64,000 nucleotides of DNA from Octopus bimaculoides (Eukaryota). The notes below the pieces were generated by a model. It did no database searches. It was not told where the DNA came from and saw nothing but the letters and a program-made list of their open reading frames with translations. The first letter of the stretch is position 1; the number at the start of each line of letters is the position of its first letter. The position numbers and the translations under genes were made by a program. The stretch is from contig NC_068981.1 of NCBI RefSeq assembly GCF_001194135.2, positions 135,774,830 to 135,838,829 of the forward strand, given 5' to 3'. Shown in pieces: positions 35,091-48,295 of this stretch.

Positions 35091-36446
35091 CACTAGTCAA
35101 CGCATTTTTTCTGTTACAAGGTTTATAAATTTTTTTAGCTAAATTTGCGATGCTAAATCTAAATCTGGCATCAGATTTTAACTATCGCATTAGATTTTTG
35201 AGATATAAAATCTTTTAGTTTTGCTAGAAACAGCTATTTAATGCTCATAAAGGGAGAATTAAACATACGTAGATGCAATTTTTATTAGACAATATGTCTT
35301 TTTTTTTAATCAAATAGACCAAAACACAAAGTTGTGGGAGTAAATGGACATTATCATGTAAGAATTATGCTTGGTTATAACAAAATATCAATACAAAATC
35401 TCTATTCATAGTGATCATTCATTCTGATCATCGTATTACTGCAAGAACTTCCTCTTTTTTTAACGATCTCTTGTGGACAGCTTCTGAAATATCTCCCATG
35501 AAGTTCCAACAGTAGTCTGCTCTCTTGCTTGAGTCCCATCAGTCTTGGTAGCGTTCGTCCATTACTTTTACATCTTGATGAAAATGTTCACCTTGTTCTT
35601 CGCAAACGTTAACCAGGTTCTCTGGAGACTCACCCAAGTGACTGTGCAAGTAGTGCAATTTAATGTTCACTCTACATTCCAGTGCTCCTTCGCTATCTCT
35701 TGATAGTTGTCAGCTTTCCTGTCCCCAAGGAAATTCCGCACCACATCAGAGAAGGCATTTGAAGCCCTAGCCTCCGCCGCACTCATGGTTGTAACAAAAT
35801 GTGGATCTCTGAGGAGTGTTCTTATTTGAGGTCCATCAAATGTTCTTGCCTTCTTCTTGTCACTGAGACTTGAAAAGGTTGTACTTAGATATATCTGAAG
35901 GAGTCTCCACTGTGATCAAGAGTTTTGATGAATTGTTTCATTATACCAGGTTTCAACAGAAGTTTTGCAAACTTTGTGGGGAGCCCAGGTTTTGTCCTGG
36001 TCTCTAAGTGTTACTTTAAAGTAAGCACGGCACACCTTCTTGACAAAGTTATTAATCTTGCGCCTTTGAGCCTGTGGAGTGACGATTCCACAGACGTGAC
36101 AGAAGATATCGGGATCATTACAGCACGTCTTTTTTTCTAATGTTGCATCCATAACTAGGTCACAATGGTTCAGTTCACACCTGAAAAGAAGGGGAAGGTC
36201 TTTAAAGCAAAACTCAGCTCGAACATATTCAAAATTAGCATGACAGTCCAGTTAAAATTCCCACAAATAGTGGTGTAAAGTTAACTTTTGGTATGCTCCA
36301 GCTAAATAAAGGTATATACCGATGGCACAAAAATGTGATGTGATAGAGCAAACCTGGGGTCAGTTTTGTAATCAGCACCCGAAAATTAGTCTACAACAGT
36401 TCTAAGATTTTATGCCAGAAAATAAGTTTTATTTTGTTGATCAGTG
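35091..36446 (-). mobile_element. CMC/Chapaev3-like DNA transposon, internally deleted
   Basis: Termini CACTAG...CAGTG; TAA TSD at 35088-35090 and 36447-36449. N-terminal CCNDPDIFCHVCG...DQDKTWAPHKVC; C-terminal GPQIR, FLGDRKADNY and frameshifted LHYLHSHL...EQGEHFHQD. Confidence 0.75.
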
Positions 36447-36749
36447 TAATAGATACATATACAGATAGTTAAATAGATAGATAAAGACAGAAAGAGAGCC
36501 TGAAAGACAGATAGATATCTGTCGGTCTACTTGAGAAGACTTATGGTCAGATGTATTCCCGCCATCGTAACCCCTTCGAAAATTCAGACACTGTTTATCT
36601 AGAATTATATATCTTTTTAAATAGCAGGATGTGATTTGATTAAGTTTTGGTTTCTAAAAATAGAAGCCAAAACTTCTTCATTAATGATGTTGCTACAGAT
36701 GTTAATGATGATTGTATTGCAATATATCTAACACAATTTAAGACGATGA

Positions 36750-36948
36750 CCTAGTAGAATCGTTAGCACTCCAAGCAAAATGCTTAGCGGCATTTCGTTT
36801 GTCTTTACGTTCTGAGGTCAAACTCCGCCGAGGTCTTTCATCCTTTCGAGTCGATAAAATAAGTACCTGTTGAGCACTTGAGTCAATGTAATCAACTTGC
36901 TCTTTCTTTCGAAATGGCTGGTCTTGTGCCAAAATTTGAAAGCAATAT
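36750..36948 (+). mobile_element. SINE S1
   Basis: S1 consensus. Confidence 0.75.
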
Positions 36949-37282
36949 ATCTGACACTATCAGGACATAAATACATCGAAGGAAAAGTTGACATTGTTTA
37001 GAATCATGTGAGCATCGAAAAGAACTATATTGAAGGGTATTCCGGCTGTGATCATCCATAAAGAGATTATTGTCTTATGAACCTTGAATCAGCAGTTTCC
37101 CTGAAGTGTTTCTCCTGAAATCTCTACGGTAAGTAAACAGATGTTATAATGAAAGTGTTCATGAAACTGATAGCATATTTGAGTAAATGCAACGAAGTGT
37201 CACCGTAACAACAATAATTCTTTATGACTGAGCCTCATTATTTTATATCATATAAGAGAGAGTAATATGATTTTACCTCATT

Positions 37283-37512
37283 AAGACGGCGAGCTGGCAG
37301 AATCGTTAGCACACCGGGCGAAATGCTTTGCCGCAGGCGAAATGCTTTGCCGCATTTCTTCTGTCTTCATGTTCTGAATTCAAATTCAGCCGAGGTCGAC
37401 TTTGCCTTTCGGGTTGATAAAATAAATACCAGTTGACTACTGGGGTTGATGTAAGCGACTTAACGCTTCCACTAAAATTGTTGGCATTGTGCCAAAAATT
37501 TGAAGCCAATAT
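37283..37512 (+). mobile_element. SINE S1
   Basis: S1 consensus. Confidence 0.8.
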
Positions 37513-37919
37513 CATTTTACGACATAATTGTAAACATTTTTCAGTTATTTTTCCAGATATGAAATAGATTTTTATTTAGCAACATTCTTTTTTACAGGAA
37601 GAGGGAAAATGCATTAAAAGTACAAAAGATCAAATCGAGAAAAAAAAAAAAGAACCCCTGAACTACTTCACCAAAGAAACAAAGAAAAAGAAAAAAAATG
37701 GGGGAATTAAGAAGCAGAAGATGGGGGACGGGATGACAGGTTGTACACTGCAGACCAAATGGCGTGTTCAGCCGTTCCTTGTGGACATGATTACTAAGAC
37801 GTTGCCGCAGAGAATGGCTAGTGATACTCGCTTAGCAACCAACCTAACTTACGGGGCTCATTTCTCAAACGGGCTGCAGTTATCCCGATTTTGTGGGTTG
37901 ACATAGAAGAAATAGTTAA

Positions 37920-37990
37920 ACGGTTAGTGTCTCGGTTTAGAGCGTAAGACTAGCAAACTGGAACTCAAGTCTTCGAATCTCTCAGTCATA
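37920..37990 (+). pseudogene. degraded tRNA-Thr remnant
   Basis: GGTTTAGAGCGTAAGACTAGCAAACTGGAACTCAAGTCTTCGAATCTCTC. Confidence 0.55.
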
Positions 37991-38924
37991 AACCCGCTGT
38001 TCTTATTTGTTGATGTGATCGCGTAGTTCATGGCACGGGATCTTCACATTAAATTGCAATTACTGTAGAGAGAATATTATATCTTGAACAATAAACGAAG
38101 AGTTTTACTTACATGTTTCTAAAGTTAGTGAATTAGCAGGCTCGCTGGCTATGCTGCACTGGGAAAACATTTATAGAATTGATTTGCTTGTGGCTGACCT
38201 GCAAGTAGCAAATGAAGAGACGTCCAGAAAAATTCCAATGCATAGATTTATGCATGCTGTTTGTCAAATGTGACCCTCGGAGCATCGATGGAGTTAAATG
38301 TTGCCTTTCACTAAGTAAATTAACATCCTAGTATTACAGCATGTATTGTGTAGTTATACTGTATTTCGTATATTTGAAGTAGTCCTATGCACTGAAATGA
38401 ATAATATATAGTGGTTGATGGGTTGGAAAAGGTGCTCGATTAACCATTAAGAAAAATAAGTACATGCTTATGGCATTAAGGGAAGTGTGGTACCACAGAA
38501 ATGGTAAATGACTTACGGCACAAAAGAAATCACTTTAGACTTGCTAAAAATATACAGGGTGCCTTATCTGTACTAAGTACATAAGCAGATGTGTTACGTA
38601 AGATTAATTTCAAGAATCTGATCAAAGACTGCAATAAAAAAAACTGTAAGAGAAAACTTTTCAAATATAGATAAAGAGGAAATATACGAAAATAAACATT
38701 ATTTTCGATCGTATTATTAATTTTGTTTCATTTTGAAAACTGAAAATTTATGTTATACTTTATTAATTTTATCTTTTGAATTAAATGTATATTGGGGCAC
38801 CAAAATCTTTTACGTATTTAGGATCTCTGTGGCTCTTAATCCGGCTCTGAATAGAAATAATGTAACCAAGGACAGAGAATAAAGAAAAGAAAAAAACATT
38901 ATATATTTGCTTAAAGGTTTGTTG

Positions 38925-38996
38925 TGCAGAGTGGCACAATGGAAGCATGTTGGACCCTTAACCCAGAGGTCCATAAATCAGAACTACACCCTGCTT
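38925..38996 (+). pseudogene. initiator tRNA-Met pseudogene
   Basis: 72 nt colinear with eukaryotic tRNA-iMet (GCAGAGTGGC...GGAAGC...AACCCAGAGGTC...ATC...CTGCT); anticodon CAT changed to CTT; stems damaged. Confidence 0.7.
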
Positions 38997-39579
38997 GATA
39001 ATGAATGCTATTTTTGATATTTTATTTTTTACACCACACTTGAATTGTCTACAAATATATCAACCATATACATGCATATACGCCAATAGGTGTGGGTACA
39101 AATTATATCATACAAGGTCAGCATGTCACCAACTGAACTGTATACACCAAAACCCAATTAGCGTAGTGCACAGTAATAGTAAACATCGTAGGAGTTTCAC
39201 TCACATGCCTGTGCTGTTATCTCTACTGTAAATAGACTTTCTAGTATGCTAAAGTGATGTCATCTAGAAATACGTGAGAGAAAATAACACGATATCACTA
39301 CAAACCCCCCCCAAAAAAACAAACGTCATCACAATTTTTGATTGCAGTTTCTACGTCATTATTCATTGCAATTAAGACAACGGCGAACTGACAGAACCAT
39401 TAGAGCGTTGGACAATGCCTTGTATTTTTTCTCATTCATTACAAGCTAGGGCCTTCAATTTCATAGAGATCAGTACTAAGGGCTGACTAGTCACATTTTC
39501 CTGGCAATGGCTGTCCCTGAGCTTAAATTAGAAACAATTACACATTGTAATTGTTTACATAAACAATGAGAACATAATT

Positions 39580-39785
39580 AATCTTTTAAATTTCGGCACA
39601 AGATCAACAATATATTTTTTTAGAGGGAAGGGGAGTCGATTACAACGACCCTAGTGCTTAAATGGAAATTATTTTATCGGCGTCGGTAGGATGGACAGCA
39701 AAGTCAACCTTGGTGGCATTTGATCTCAGAACGTAAAGAGCAAGAAGAAATGCCACCAAGCATTTTATCCTCTATGGTAACGATT
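39580..39785 (-). mobile_element. SINE S1
   Basis: S1 consensus, diverged. Confidence 0.7.
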
Positions 39786-39814
39786 CTGTTTCTTTGTCGC
39801 CTTTCAATGAGGAC

Positions 39815-39880
<66 letters not shown>

Positions 39881-40274
39881 TGGACAAGGTGCACCACATA
39901 TGCTATATAGCTGATGTTGCATGCCCTTTGACCAACGAATAGTAAAGAAGGAAGGCGAAAAGATAGGTAAATACAACACTCTTAAGTACGAAATAGCCCG
40001 GCTATGGAAAATGAAGAAGGTGAAGACAGTGTCAATCATTGTTGGGTCATTCGGAACAGCAGGCATCAAGGAGAATATTAAGGAAATTAGAGAATAGAGT
40101 GGACAGTAGAACTATTACAAAAGGTTTGTAATAATCTCCTTGGCACGACCTGAATAATCAGGGAAGTATTAGATAGCTGAAAAAAATGGATAGCATGGTA
40201 CAGTAGGCTGCAGGGAGTAAGCCCTCTACGTATGTAAGACTCCAGGAGCTCCAACAAAACCTGTGATAAAGAGA

Positions 40275-40275
<1 letters not shown>
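39881..40275 (+). mobile_element. 5'-truncated R4/Dong-like LINE 3' end embedded in (TAA)n
   Basis: Homologous to 51270-51660 (restriction-like endonuclease C-terminus and 3'UTR); (ATA)n on both sides, about 39816-39880 and 40274-40331. Confidence 0.8.
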
Positions 40276-40331
<56 letters not shown>

Positions 40332-40913
40332 TGCCCTGATGCAGTACCAAGCAGTGGCTCTCATGGCTTTGATCTTAACTGATTGGAAGTGTTATAATGT
40401 ACATTGTTTTGTCTTGGTATAAAAGATGGGCTACAGCAAATATTCTGCGCAATACCACAGATTTGCTTGTCAGTTGTTTTACCTTCACCACTTGAGCATG
40501 TTCCTCAGTGTCTGACGATATGTGCTTCTCTGATCACGAGCAGAAGTAGTGGGGGAGCATCATGGCCATGTGTTGCGAGGAATTCTTTGAGGTTTGGATA
40601 ATTCAGCATTGAAAACATGGGTGTTTTGTTCAACATCCTTAAACAATCCTTATTCAGGGACCTTTCGAACGGGTTGGGCTACTCGACCTGAAGAAAATTC
40701 TAACTGGGCCCCACCTGCAAGGTCATGCGCTGTTTATCTTGATATGAGAGCACCACATCACGCTGATATTGTTGTGATGCATGTGTCTGATGTACCCCCA
40801 AAACTGCTGGCCTTGTGCAAAATATTTGAAGTCAATATATGTGAGTTTGCGTTAAGGTTATACAAATGATTTAATTGCATATATTATGTGATGTTGATGT
40901 TATATTTATAAAA

Positions 40914-41620
40914 TATTTGGTTGGCAAGAAAGTAATTTCGGTTTCTTCGTGTGAAATAAAAAAATTTTTTTTATACAAAGAATGAACTTTAATCAATTAT
41001 ATATTTTCCATTTTGTTCGATGACCTTTTGCCATCTTTCTGGCAACTTCATGATTTCGCGCTTCTAGTCCTTATCAGCCAAAATCTGAAGCAAGTGCGAT
41101 TTCAGGTCATCATCATTATTGAAATTTTTACCATTCAAAGAATTTTGCAAACTTAGAAATAAATGGTAATCTGATGGGCACGGTCAGGGCTATATGGTGG
41201 ATGTGACATCACTTCCCAACCAAGTTCCAGTAATTGTTCACGAGTTAGCAAAAACGTGTGTGGAACACGATTCCTTTACGATTTGCCAATTCTGGCCATT
41301 TCTCTTTGATTGCTTTCTCCAGTTTTAGTTGTTGACAGTAAACATCTGAATCGATCGTTTGGTTCCTTGGAAGCAGCTCAAAATACACAACACATTTGTA
41401 ATCCCACCAAATTAACAGCATGACCGTTTTTTATGCAATTCAGCATTGGATGTGGCCTGTGCTGGTTTATTACGCTTGGATCATGATTGCTTCTAAAGTA
41501 AGCTAAAAATAACGGCTATCAAATGTCAAAAGGAAAAAACTTATAACATTGACAAAAGCCGCTCAAGAAAATCGTAACTCTATTTGCGAAAAACGAAATT
41601 ACTTTCTTGCCAACACAATA
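40914..41620 (-). mobile_element. mariner transposon, internally deleted
   Basis: TIRs TTGGCAAGAAAGTAATTTCG / CGAAATTACTTTCTTGCCAA; transposase fragments WWDYKCVVYFELLPRNQTID, SDYHLF...LQNSLNGK, KLPERWQKVIEQNGKY. Confidence 0.85.
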
Positions 41621-42106
41621 ATTTTTTTATAATAATATGTTCACTATTTAAGGATTTATCAATAACAAGTTGAATAGATTGATGTGCTATAGAATTATTT
41701 AGATAATTTAGTAAATATAAGTCCGATGATATGGTTAGAGTATGATATGATTACAGCGAGATTTGACTGCTATTTATAGCAAATCTAGTTACAAGTAGAT
41801 ATTCCATTATTAGTTCGTTGTCAGAGTTGATGTTGCTGTTAGTGTTGGTGCTGATATTATAATATCTAACACAATAACTTACCAAAGAGAAGACATTATA
41901 TCATATTGGACCAGGTTTCACCCATATGCCTGCTCTTTAATCTCAGGAGCAACACACGTTGTAGTGAGGGTTTTGTTAAACTGATATCGATAAGAATACT
42001 AGAGTAAATGTACTAAAATTGGTACAATTTGAACGTCACTATTCATTATCATGTTACATTGTAGTGATTGACGTCATAGGAATAATTTAGGAGATGCATC
42101 TCGTGT

Positions 42107-42180
42107 GACTCCGTAGCTCAGTCGGTTAGAGCGCCGGTCTTGTAAACTGGAGGTCGAATGTTCGAATCACTCTGGATCCT
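42107..42180 (+). pseudogene. tRNA-Thr copy with TGT anticodon, acceptor and T-stem mismatches
   Basis: Arm CCGGT-CTTGTAA-ACTGG; acceptor GACTCCG/TGGATCC has two mismatches. Confidence 0.75.
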
Positions 42181-42267
42181 AGTATCAGGATAATGCTTAT
42201 TTGTTCGCCTTTTCATTTAAGATATGTAACTTTGGTACTCGAACTGAAATAATATTTTTAGTAATAT

Positions 42268-42445
42268 AAGGCGACGAGCTGGCAAAATCGTTAGTATGCC
42301 GGGCGAAACGCTTGGAGGTATTTTGCCTGTCTTTACGTTCTGAGTTCAAATTCCGCCGAGGTCGACTTTGCCTTTTGTCCTTTCGGGGTTGATAAATTAA
42401 ACACCAGTTGCGTACTGGGGCCGATCTAATCGACTGCCCCTTCCC
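42268..42445 (+). mobile_element. SINE S1 running into a gap
   Basis: S1 consensus. Confidence 0.85.
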
Positions 42446-43131
42446 NNNNNNNNNNNNNNNNNNNNNNNNNNNNNNNNNNNNNNNNNNNNNNNNNNNNNNN
42501 NNNNNNNNNNNNNNNNNNNNNNNNNNNNNNNNNNNNNNNNNNNNNNNNNNNNNNNNNNNNNNNNNNNNNNNNNNNNNNNNNNNNNNNNNNNNNNNNNNNN
42601 NNNNNNNNNNNNNNNNNNNNNNNNNNNNNNNNNNNNNNNNNNNNNNNNNNNNNNNNNNNNNNNNNNNNNNNNNNNNNNNNNNNNNNNNNNNNNNNNNNNN
42701 NNNNNNNNNNNNNNNNNNNNNNNNNNNNNNNNNNNNNNNNNNNNNNNNNNNNNNNNNNNNNNNNNNNNNNNNNNNNNNNNNNNNNNNNNNNNNNNNNNNN
42801 NNNNNNNNNNNNNNNNNNNNNNNNNNNNNNNNNNNNNNNNNNNNNNNNNNNNNNNNNNNNNNNNNNNNNNNNNNNNNNNNNNNNNNNNNNNNNNNNNNNN
42901 NNNNNNNNNNNNNNNNNNNNNNNNNNNNNNNNNNNNNNNNNNNNNNNNNNNNNNNNNNNNNNNNNNNNNNNNNNNNNNNNNNNNNNNNNNNNNNNNNNNN
43001 NNNNNNNNNNNNNNNNNNNNNNNNNNNNNNNNNNNNNNNNNNNNNNNNNNNNNNNNNNNNNNNCATTGGGTGGATTGTACCATTAACTGAAAACATACAA
43101 TTTTTGGTACACACTGTGTCACGCTGATTTT

Positions 43132-43435
43132 GAAGGCGCGTGGCTTAATGGTTAGGGTATCGGCTCAGGATCGTAAGGTCGTGAGTTCAAGACCCGGTGG
43201 TACGTTGGGACCTTGACCCAGACATTTTATTTCACGTTGCTCCAGTCCGGTCAACTGGCAAAAAGTGAATAGTACTTGTATTTCAAAGAACCAGTCTTGT
43301 CAGTTTCTGGGTCACACTGAATCTCCCTGAGAACTACATTAAAGGTATGCATATCTGTGGAGTACTCAGCCACTTTCATGTTAATTTACCGAGCAGGCTG
43401 TTCCGTTGAACGAACCACTGGAACTCTACGATTTT
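43132..43435 (+). mobile_element. SINE family C
   Basis: GGCGCGTGGCTTAATGGTTAGGGTATCGGCTCAGGATCGTAAGG head; 3' body shared with family B. Confidence 0.8.
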
Positions 43436-43958
43436 TCATGGTTAGCCATGGACCAAGTCGATCTTCATTCGGATGAGATAATTTACGGTCAGAAGTATTC
43501 CAGCCTTAAATACATCTTCCAATTTAAGATGCAGTGTATTTAGGATTGCATAATCCAAACTCTTCTTTCCTTTACTACGTAATACGATTGTATACGAGCG
43601 AAATTTGGCTGCTGTTTTTAACGGGGCCAGTAGATATTCCGTCATTAGTTCATTACTGTAGTTGGTGTCCATATTAGTGATAGCGATGTAGTCTCTGAGA
43701 CAATAAATCATAATAGAGAAGACATTACATCTGTTATTGAACCAAGAGTTACTCTCGTATATCTGTCTTGTAATTTCAAGAGTAACACAAACGTCGTAGC
43801 GAGAATGTTTGTTAAACTGATATCAGTAAGAATACTGGAGAAAGTGTAACACCGATAAACGTCACTAACATTAGTATAGTTCGAACGTTACTATTCATTA
43901 TCATGTTTCATTGTAGTTTGAAGTATCATAAGAATTATTTATGTTCTGCGGCGCTTGT

Positions 43959-44032
43959 GGCTCAGTAACTGAGTTGGTTAAAACGTCAGTCTAGTAAACT
44001 GGAAGTCGAGTGTTAGAATCTCTCCAGAGCCT
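43959..44032 (+). pseudogene. degraded tRNA-Thr(AGT) copy
   Basis: Colinear 74 nt; loop CTAGTAA; B box broken (GTTAGAATC). Confidence 0.75.
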
Positions 44033-44839
44033 AATAATACTGAGGTTATTTTACTTTTTCAGTTTTTGTACAATCATATTATTTCTGATAGGTATACGAG
44101 TCCAAATAATTATTATTTATAGTAATATTAATCAATCATACCATTCTCTCTTTTGTGCTCCGCATTCAAATTCATAGAAGTTACAATTGAATTCTTATGT
44201 TTTCAACTACGTCACAGCCGGACCTGCTAGAATCAAGCAGCCAAATCTATTTCAATAATCTCAATATAGTGTTTAAAATGTGAAAAATAGATGAGGTGGT
44301 TTTACATAGAATATCTGAGGACATTTGTGCTAGTTATTAAAATAAGAAATATTATTTCTCATTTATTAAGTACCAATATGATAATTACCTCGTCATTAAA
44401 TGGAATCTCGTACGTTACGAAAATATGAAAAGCATAATGTATCACCATTTTTCTTACCTTCATTGAGGCGAAACATCTGGGAATGTTTGACGATTTTAGA
44501 GATGGGTGTAGGATGCCATCGGCAGATTTTAAACCTTACTTTTCAGAAATTATAATCCTGTTATTGGCAACCATGAAATAACTACGAGTAATTGAGGTGA
44601 AAATGTGGCAACTTTTATGTACCTTATAATTGGTTAATCAATGTAAATGAAGCTGTGAAGGTTTTATTGTTTTAGGTACGGAAAATGAGGAATATAATTA
44701 GAAATATAGTTTCTTGTGGCTGGCAACAGGCCGCTAATTTTGGGGACAGAGAATGGTACTTGATTCGTATCTGTTTTATCGATCCCAAAAGTATAAAAGA
44801 GAATACTGACTTCGTTGGGAATAAGAATGAGCTATCTTC

Positions 44840-45125
44840 CTCTTCATTTCCCCTCCTCTTCCTTCTCCTCCTCATTTCCCTCTTCTACTTCTCCCACTCC
44901 TCTTCATCATCATTCATCCATACTACGACCGCAAACACGTCGACGACCACGACGACCACTGTCACAACCACCACCAGCATCAGCACCACCAGTACCAGCA
45001 TCACCAGTAGCAGCAGCAGCAGCAGCAGCAGCACTAGCACCAACACCAGCAACAGCAGCAGCAGCAGCAGCAGCACCACCACCACCACCACCACCATCAC
45101 CACCACCATTATCCTCATCAACTAT
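44840..45125. repeat. (CAC)/(CAG)/(CCT) low-complexity tract
   Basis: Direct reading. Confidence 0.9.
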
Positions 45126-45552
45126 AATAACAAGGTAAAAGCAACAGTGAAATTAACAACAGCGATGTGAAGACACTACAAACTTCTTCGGGGACAATGA
45201 TTATTGATTAACTACCAAAATCAATTGTTCTTTTATGATTGACGATGTTCTTAAAACGATCAATCTATTTGCAATTCGAGTGAATTTGATATGGTTATCC
45301 AGTCCATCTCAATGGTCCTTCCTTGTGAACAATAAACCTACTACTTATATTGTATGATGTGATTGTTCAGTTCCTGATACGTATCTTTTTCTATCAACCA
45401 TAAACTCACTGTCCTTATTGATGATGTAATTATTTTCTCCATGCCGCTGGTCTTTCCGTATCACCATTGCCGTAATTATCTGATGTAATTTCCCTGTTCA
45501 TAGTATGCGTATATCATTTCGAGACTCACAATAGACAAGACGCTATAACTTA

Positions 45553-45967
45553 TTGGTTTCAAATTTTGGCACAAAGCCAGCAGTTTCGGGGCTCAACTGG
45601 CACCTATTTTATCGACGCCGAAAGGATTGAAAGGCGAAGTCGACCTCGGCTGAATTTGAACTCATAACGTAAGGACGGAGGAAATGTTGCTAAGCTGTCG
45701 CCCGGCATATTAACGATTTTGCCACCTCACTGCCTTCGTTATATCTTATATTCTTTTCTACTCTAGGCACAAGGCCCGAAATTTTTGGGGAGGGGGGGGG
45801 CAGTCGATTAGATCGACTCCAGTGCGCAACTGGTACTTAATTCATCCCCGAAAGGATGAAAAGCAAAGTCGACCTCGGCGGAATTTGAACTCAGAACGTA
45901 AAGACAGACGAAATACCGCGAAGCATTTCGCCCGTCGTACTAACGATTTTACCAGGTCACCGCTTTC
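45553..45967 (-). mobile_element. two tandem SINE S1 copies
   Basis: S1 bodies at about 45553-45738 and 45755-45967 with different tails. Confidence 0.8.
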
Positions 45968-46489
45968 GTTATATCTTATATTGAATCGGGAAAGTCACTC
46001 AGATATCTTACCTTTAATCTCTACAGTAATCAGACGCTGTAGTTAGTTTGTTAAAGTAATTCGACTTCAAATAACAAGATATCAACTTAGCAACAATAAA
46101 CATTATTATAATTGCTGACTACTATTTGGAGTCTTATAATGGTGTAATATTTTATGTAACAATTGATTACATCTTCATAATTTTTCAGCTCTTCACTGTG
46201 TGTTTCTCTAGATCAGTTGACTGGAGTGCCCAGTCTAATAATAAACTACAAGTTGTGCATTCGATCCGTTATTGAGTTTACTACTATGGTTAAAGCTATC
46301 TTTAAAAATATGTTTTAGTCAGCCTGTTTTTTAAACAAAATTAATTGGTTTACTATTAGATGTTCCAAATCCAGAACGCAAGTATTATATAATACTCAGT
46401 TCTAGAAACTTATATATTTTTTCGGAATATACAGTCGTATACAGTCGTAATGGTGGATTAGCAACAGCTTAAAAGGATAAAGACATACT

Positions 46490-46960
46490 GTTTCAACAAA
46501 AAATGGAAAGAACAATCTTTGTTCGTAATGATTAAAGAGGAATGCACGTGTTTAATTTGCCACACAAAAGCAACGGATTTATTTTTTTAGAACGTTGATT
46601 TCTTCAACTTTTGCTGCTTCTATCAGAGTATTTCGGATATCGCATATAATTGCGAAGCATAAAAGTAAAATTGTAAGGTAAAAGAACAAAAAGACAAAAA
46701 CAAAATCGCAAAACAAAAACAATTTGAAGATAGTAGAACGTTGAGTGAATCTTTTTTGGAAGCTAGTAACTCGATATTTGAAAATTTTAGAAACAAAGCA
46801 GATACAGTAAATGCAAAAAGTGAGTCATAGTTATGAAGTAAAACAGTGACTAAAAGGATTGCAACTGCCTCTGATGACATTACTAAAATATTTATTCTAT
46901 GTAACGCTATTTCAGCGAGTAGACATTTCTAGTTGCAAATAGACGAGTCAGCAGATAATA
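46490..46960 (+). mobile_element. hAT transposase fragment (N-terminal part)
   Basis: KWKEQSLFVMIKEECTCLICH-like zinc-finger remnant and F*LQIDESAD (LDESTD-like). Confidence 0.5.
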
Positions 46961-47392
46961 ATGGTTTCAAAATTTGGCGCAAGACCAGCAATTTAGGAGA
47001 AGGGGATTAGTCGATTACTAAGACCCCAGAAATCAACTAATGTTTATTTTATCGTCCACGAAAAGATGAAAGGCAAAGTGTACCTCGGCGGAATTTGAAC
47101 TTAGAAGGTAAAGACGGACAAAATGCTGCTAAGCATTTTGCCGGCGTGCTAACGGTTTTGCCAGGTCGCCGCCCTGATTCAGCAGATAATATTGGTAACA
47201 CATTTTTGCCCAAAGCCAGTGATTTAGGAGAAGGGGATTATAGCCGGTCACATCGGCCCTCAGTGCTCAGCTGGTACTTATTTTATCGACTACGAAAAGC
47301 TGAATTCGACCTCTGCGGAATTTGAATTCAGAACATAAAGACGGATGACTTACTACTAAGCTTTTTTCCCGATTTGCTAACGATTCTGTCAC
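46960..47392 (-). mobile_element. two tandem SINE S1 copies
   Basis: S1 consensus, diverged. Confidence 0.75.
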
Positions 47393-47712
47393 TCTGTAGA
47401 TGATATCGACATAACACAAATGTGTATTTATATTTGAACTAGCTGGCCTCGCGCCGTCAAAAGTGACAGCTAATGGTAGTATTTTATATACAAATAAGAA
47501 CAAAAAATAGAATATGGATGGTAATTCAAATTAATACACTACTTCTCAATGCTATCTAGTGGTTGTATTTTGAGATATGACATCAATCCATACAAACATT
47601 TACATACTGCCCTTGTACACGCACACCACATACACACATATACTCACACAGAGTTGAAACGCTGTTTGATTTTTCTTTTCAGCGTTGAATGTTTACCATC
47701 CCACTACCATTG

Positions 47713-47751
<39 letters not shown>

Positions 47752-48257
47752 TCCTTCACATACCTTCCTTTTACATACACACATGCATATACTCACACAA
47801 AGTTGAAACACTGATTTGTTTTTTCACCGTAGCATTGCCATCACCGCTTTCCTTCCTTATTCATCTATCATCCCTTCCTTCCTCATTCATATGTTGTAAA
47901 GGAGAAATACACAAGAGTATTATTATAGTAGATAGTGTTTAGTAATTACATTGCTAACGAAGATTTGTTAAACATGTTGCCACTACAAGGTGAGACTAAG
48001 AGAAATGCCTGATATCAAACAAAGTGTTACACATGCTATGCAAGTTAGCGACTCCAGTTCTTTGGAGCTACTAGGTTTGATGTGTTTATATATATATAAG
48101 TGGATTGGTTACTTGTTTATCCGGGGTCGGTCAAATGATGTAGATACCTCTGATGTGGTGCCGATAAAGGTCGGAAATCGATTAAAGCTGTTTATCGTTT
48201 TCTTTCTTTTCAATCTACAAAGAAATAGGTAAATTTGACATGTTTATACGCAGGTTT

Positions 48258-48259
<2 letters not shown>

Positions 48260-48295
<36 letters not shown>

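Noticed and set aside
39704-40364. Poly-Tyr and poly-Ile ORFs
   Set aside because: Antisense translation of (ATA)n tracts and the Dong fragment.
44685-45170. 161-aa Ser/Thr-rich ORF resembling a mucin
   Set aside because: It begins inside a SINE-like fragment and is built from trinucleotide microsatellites; no splice or domain support.
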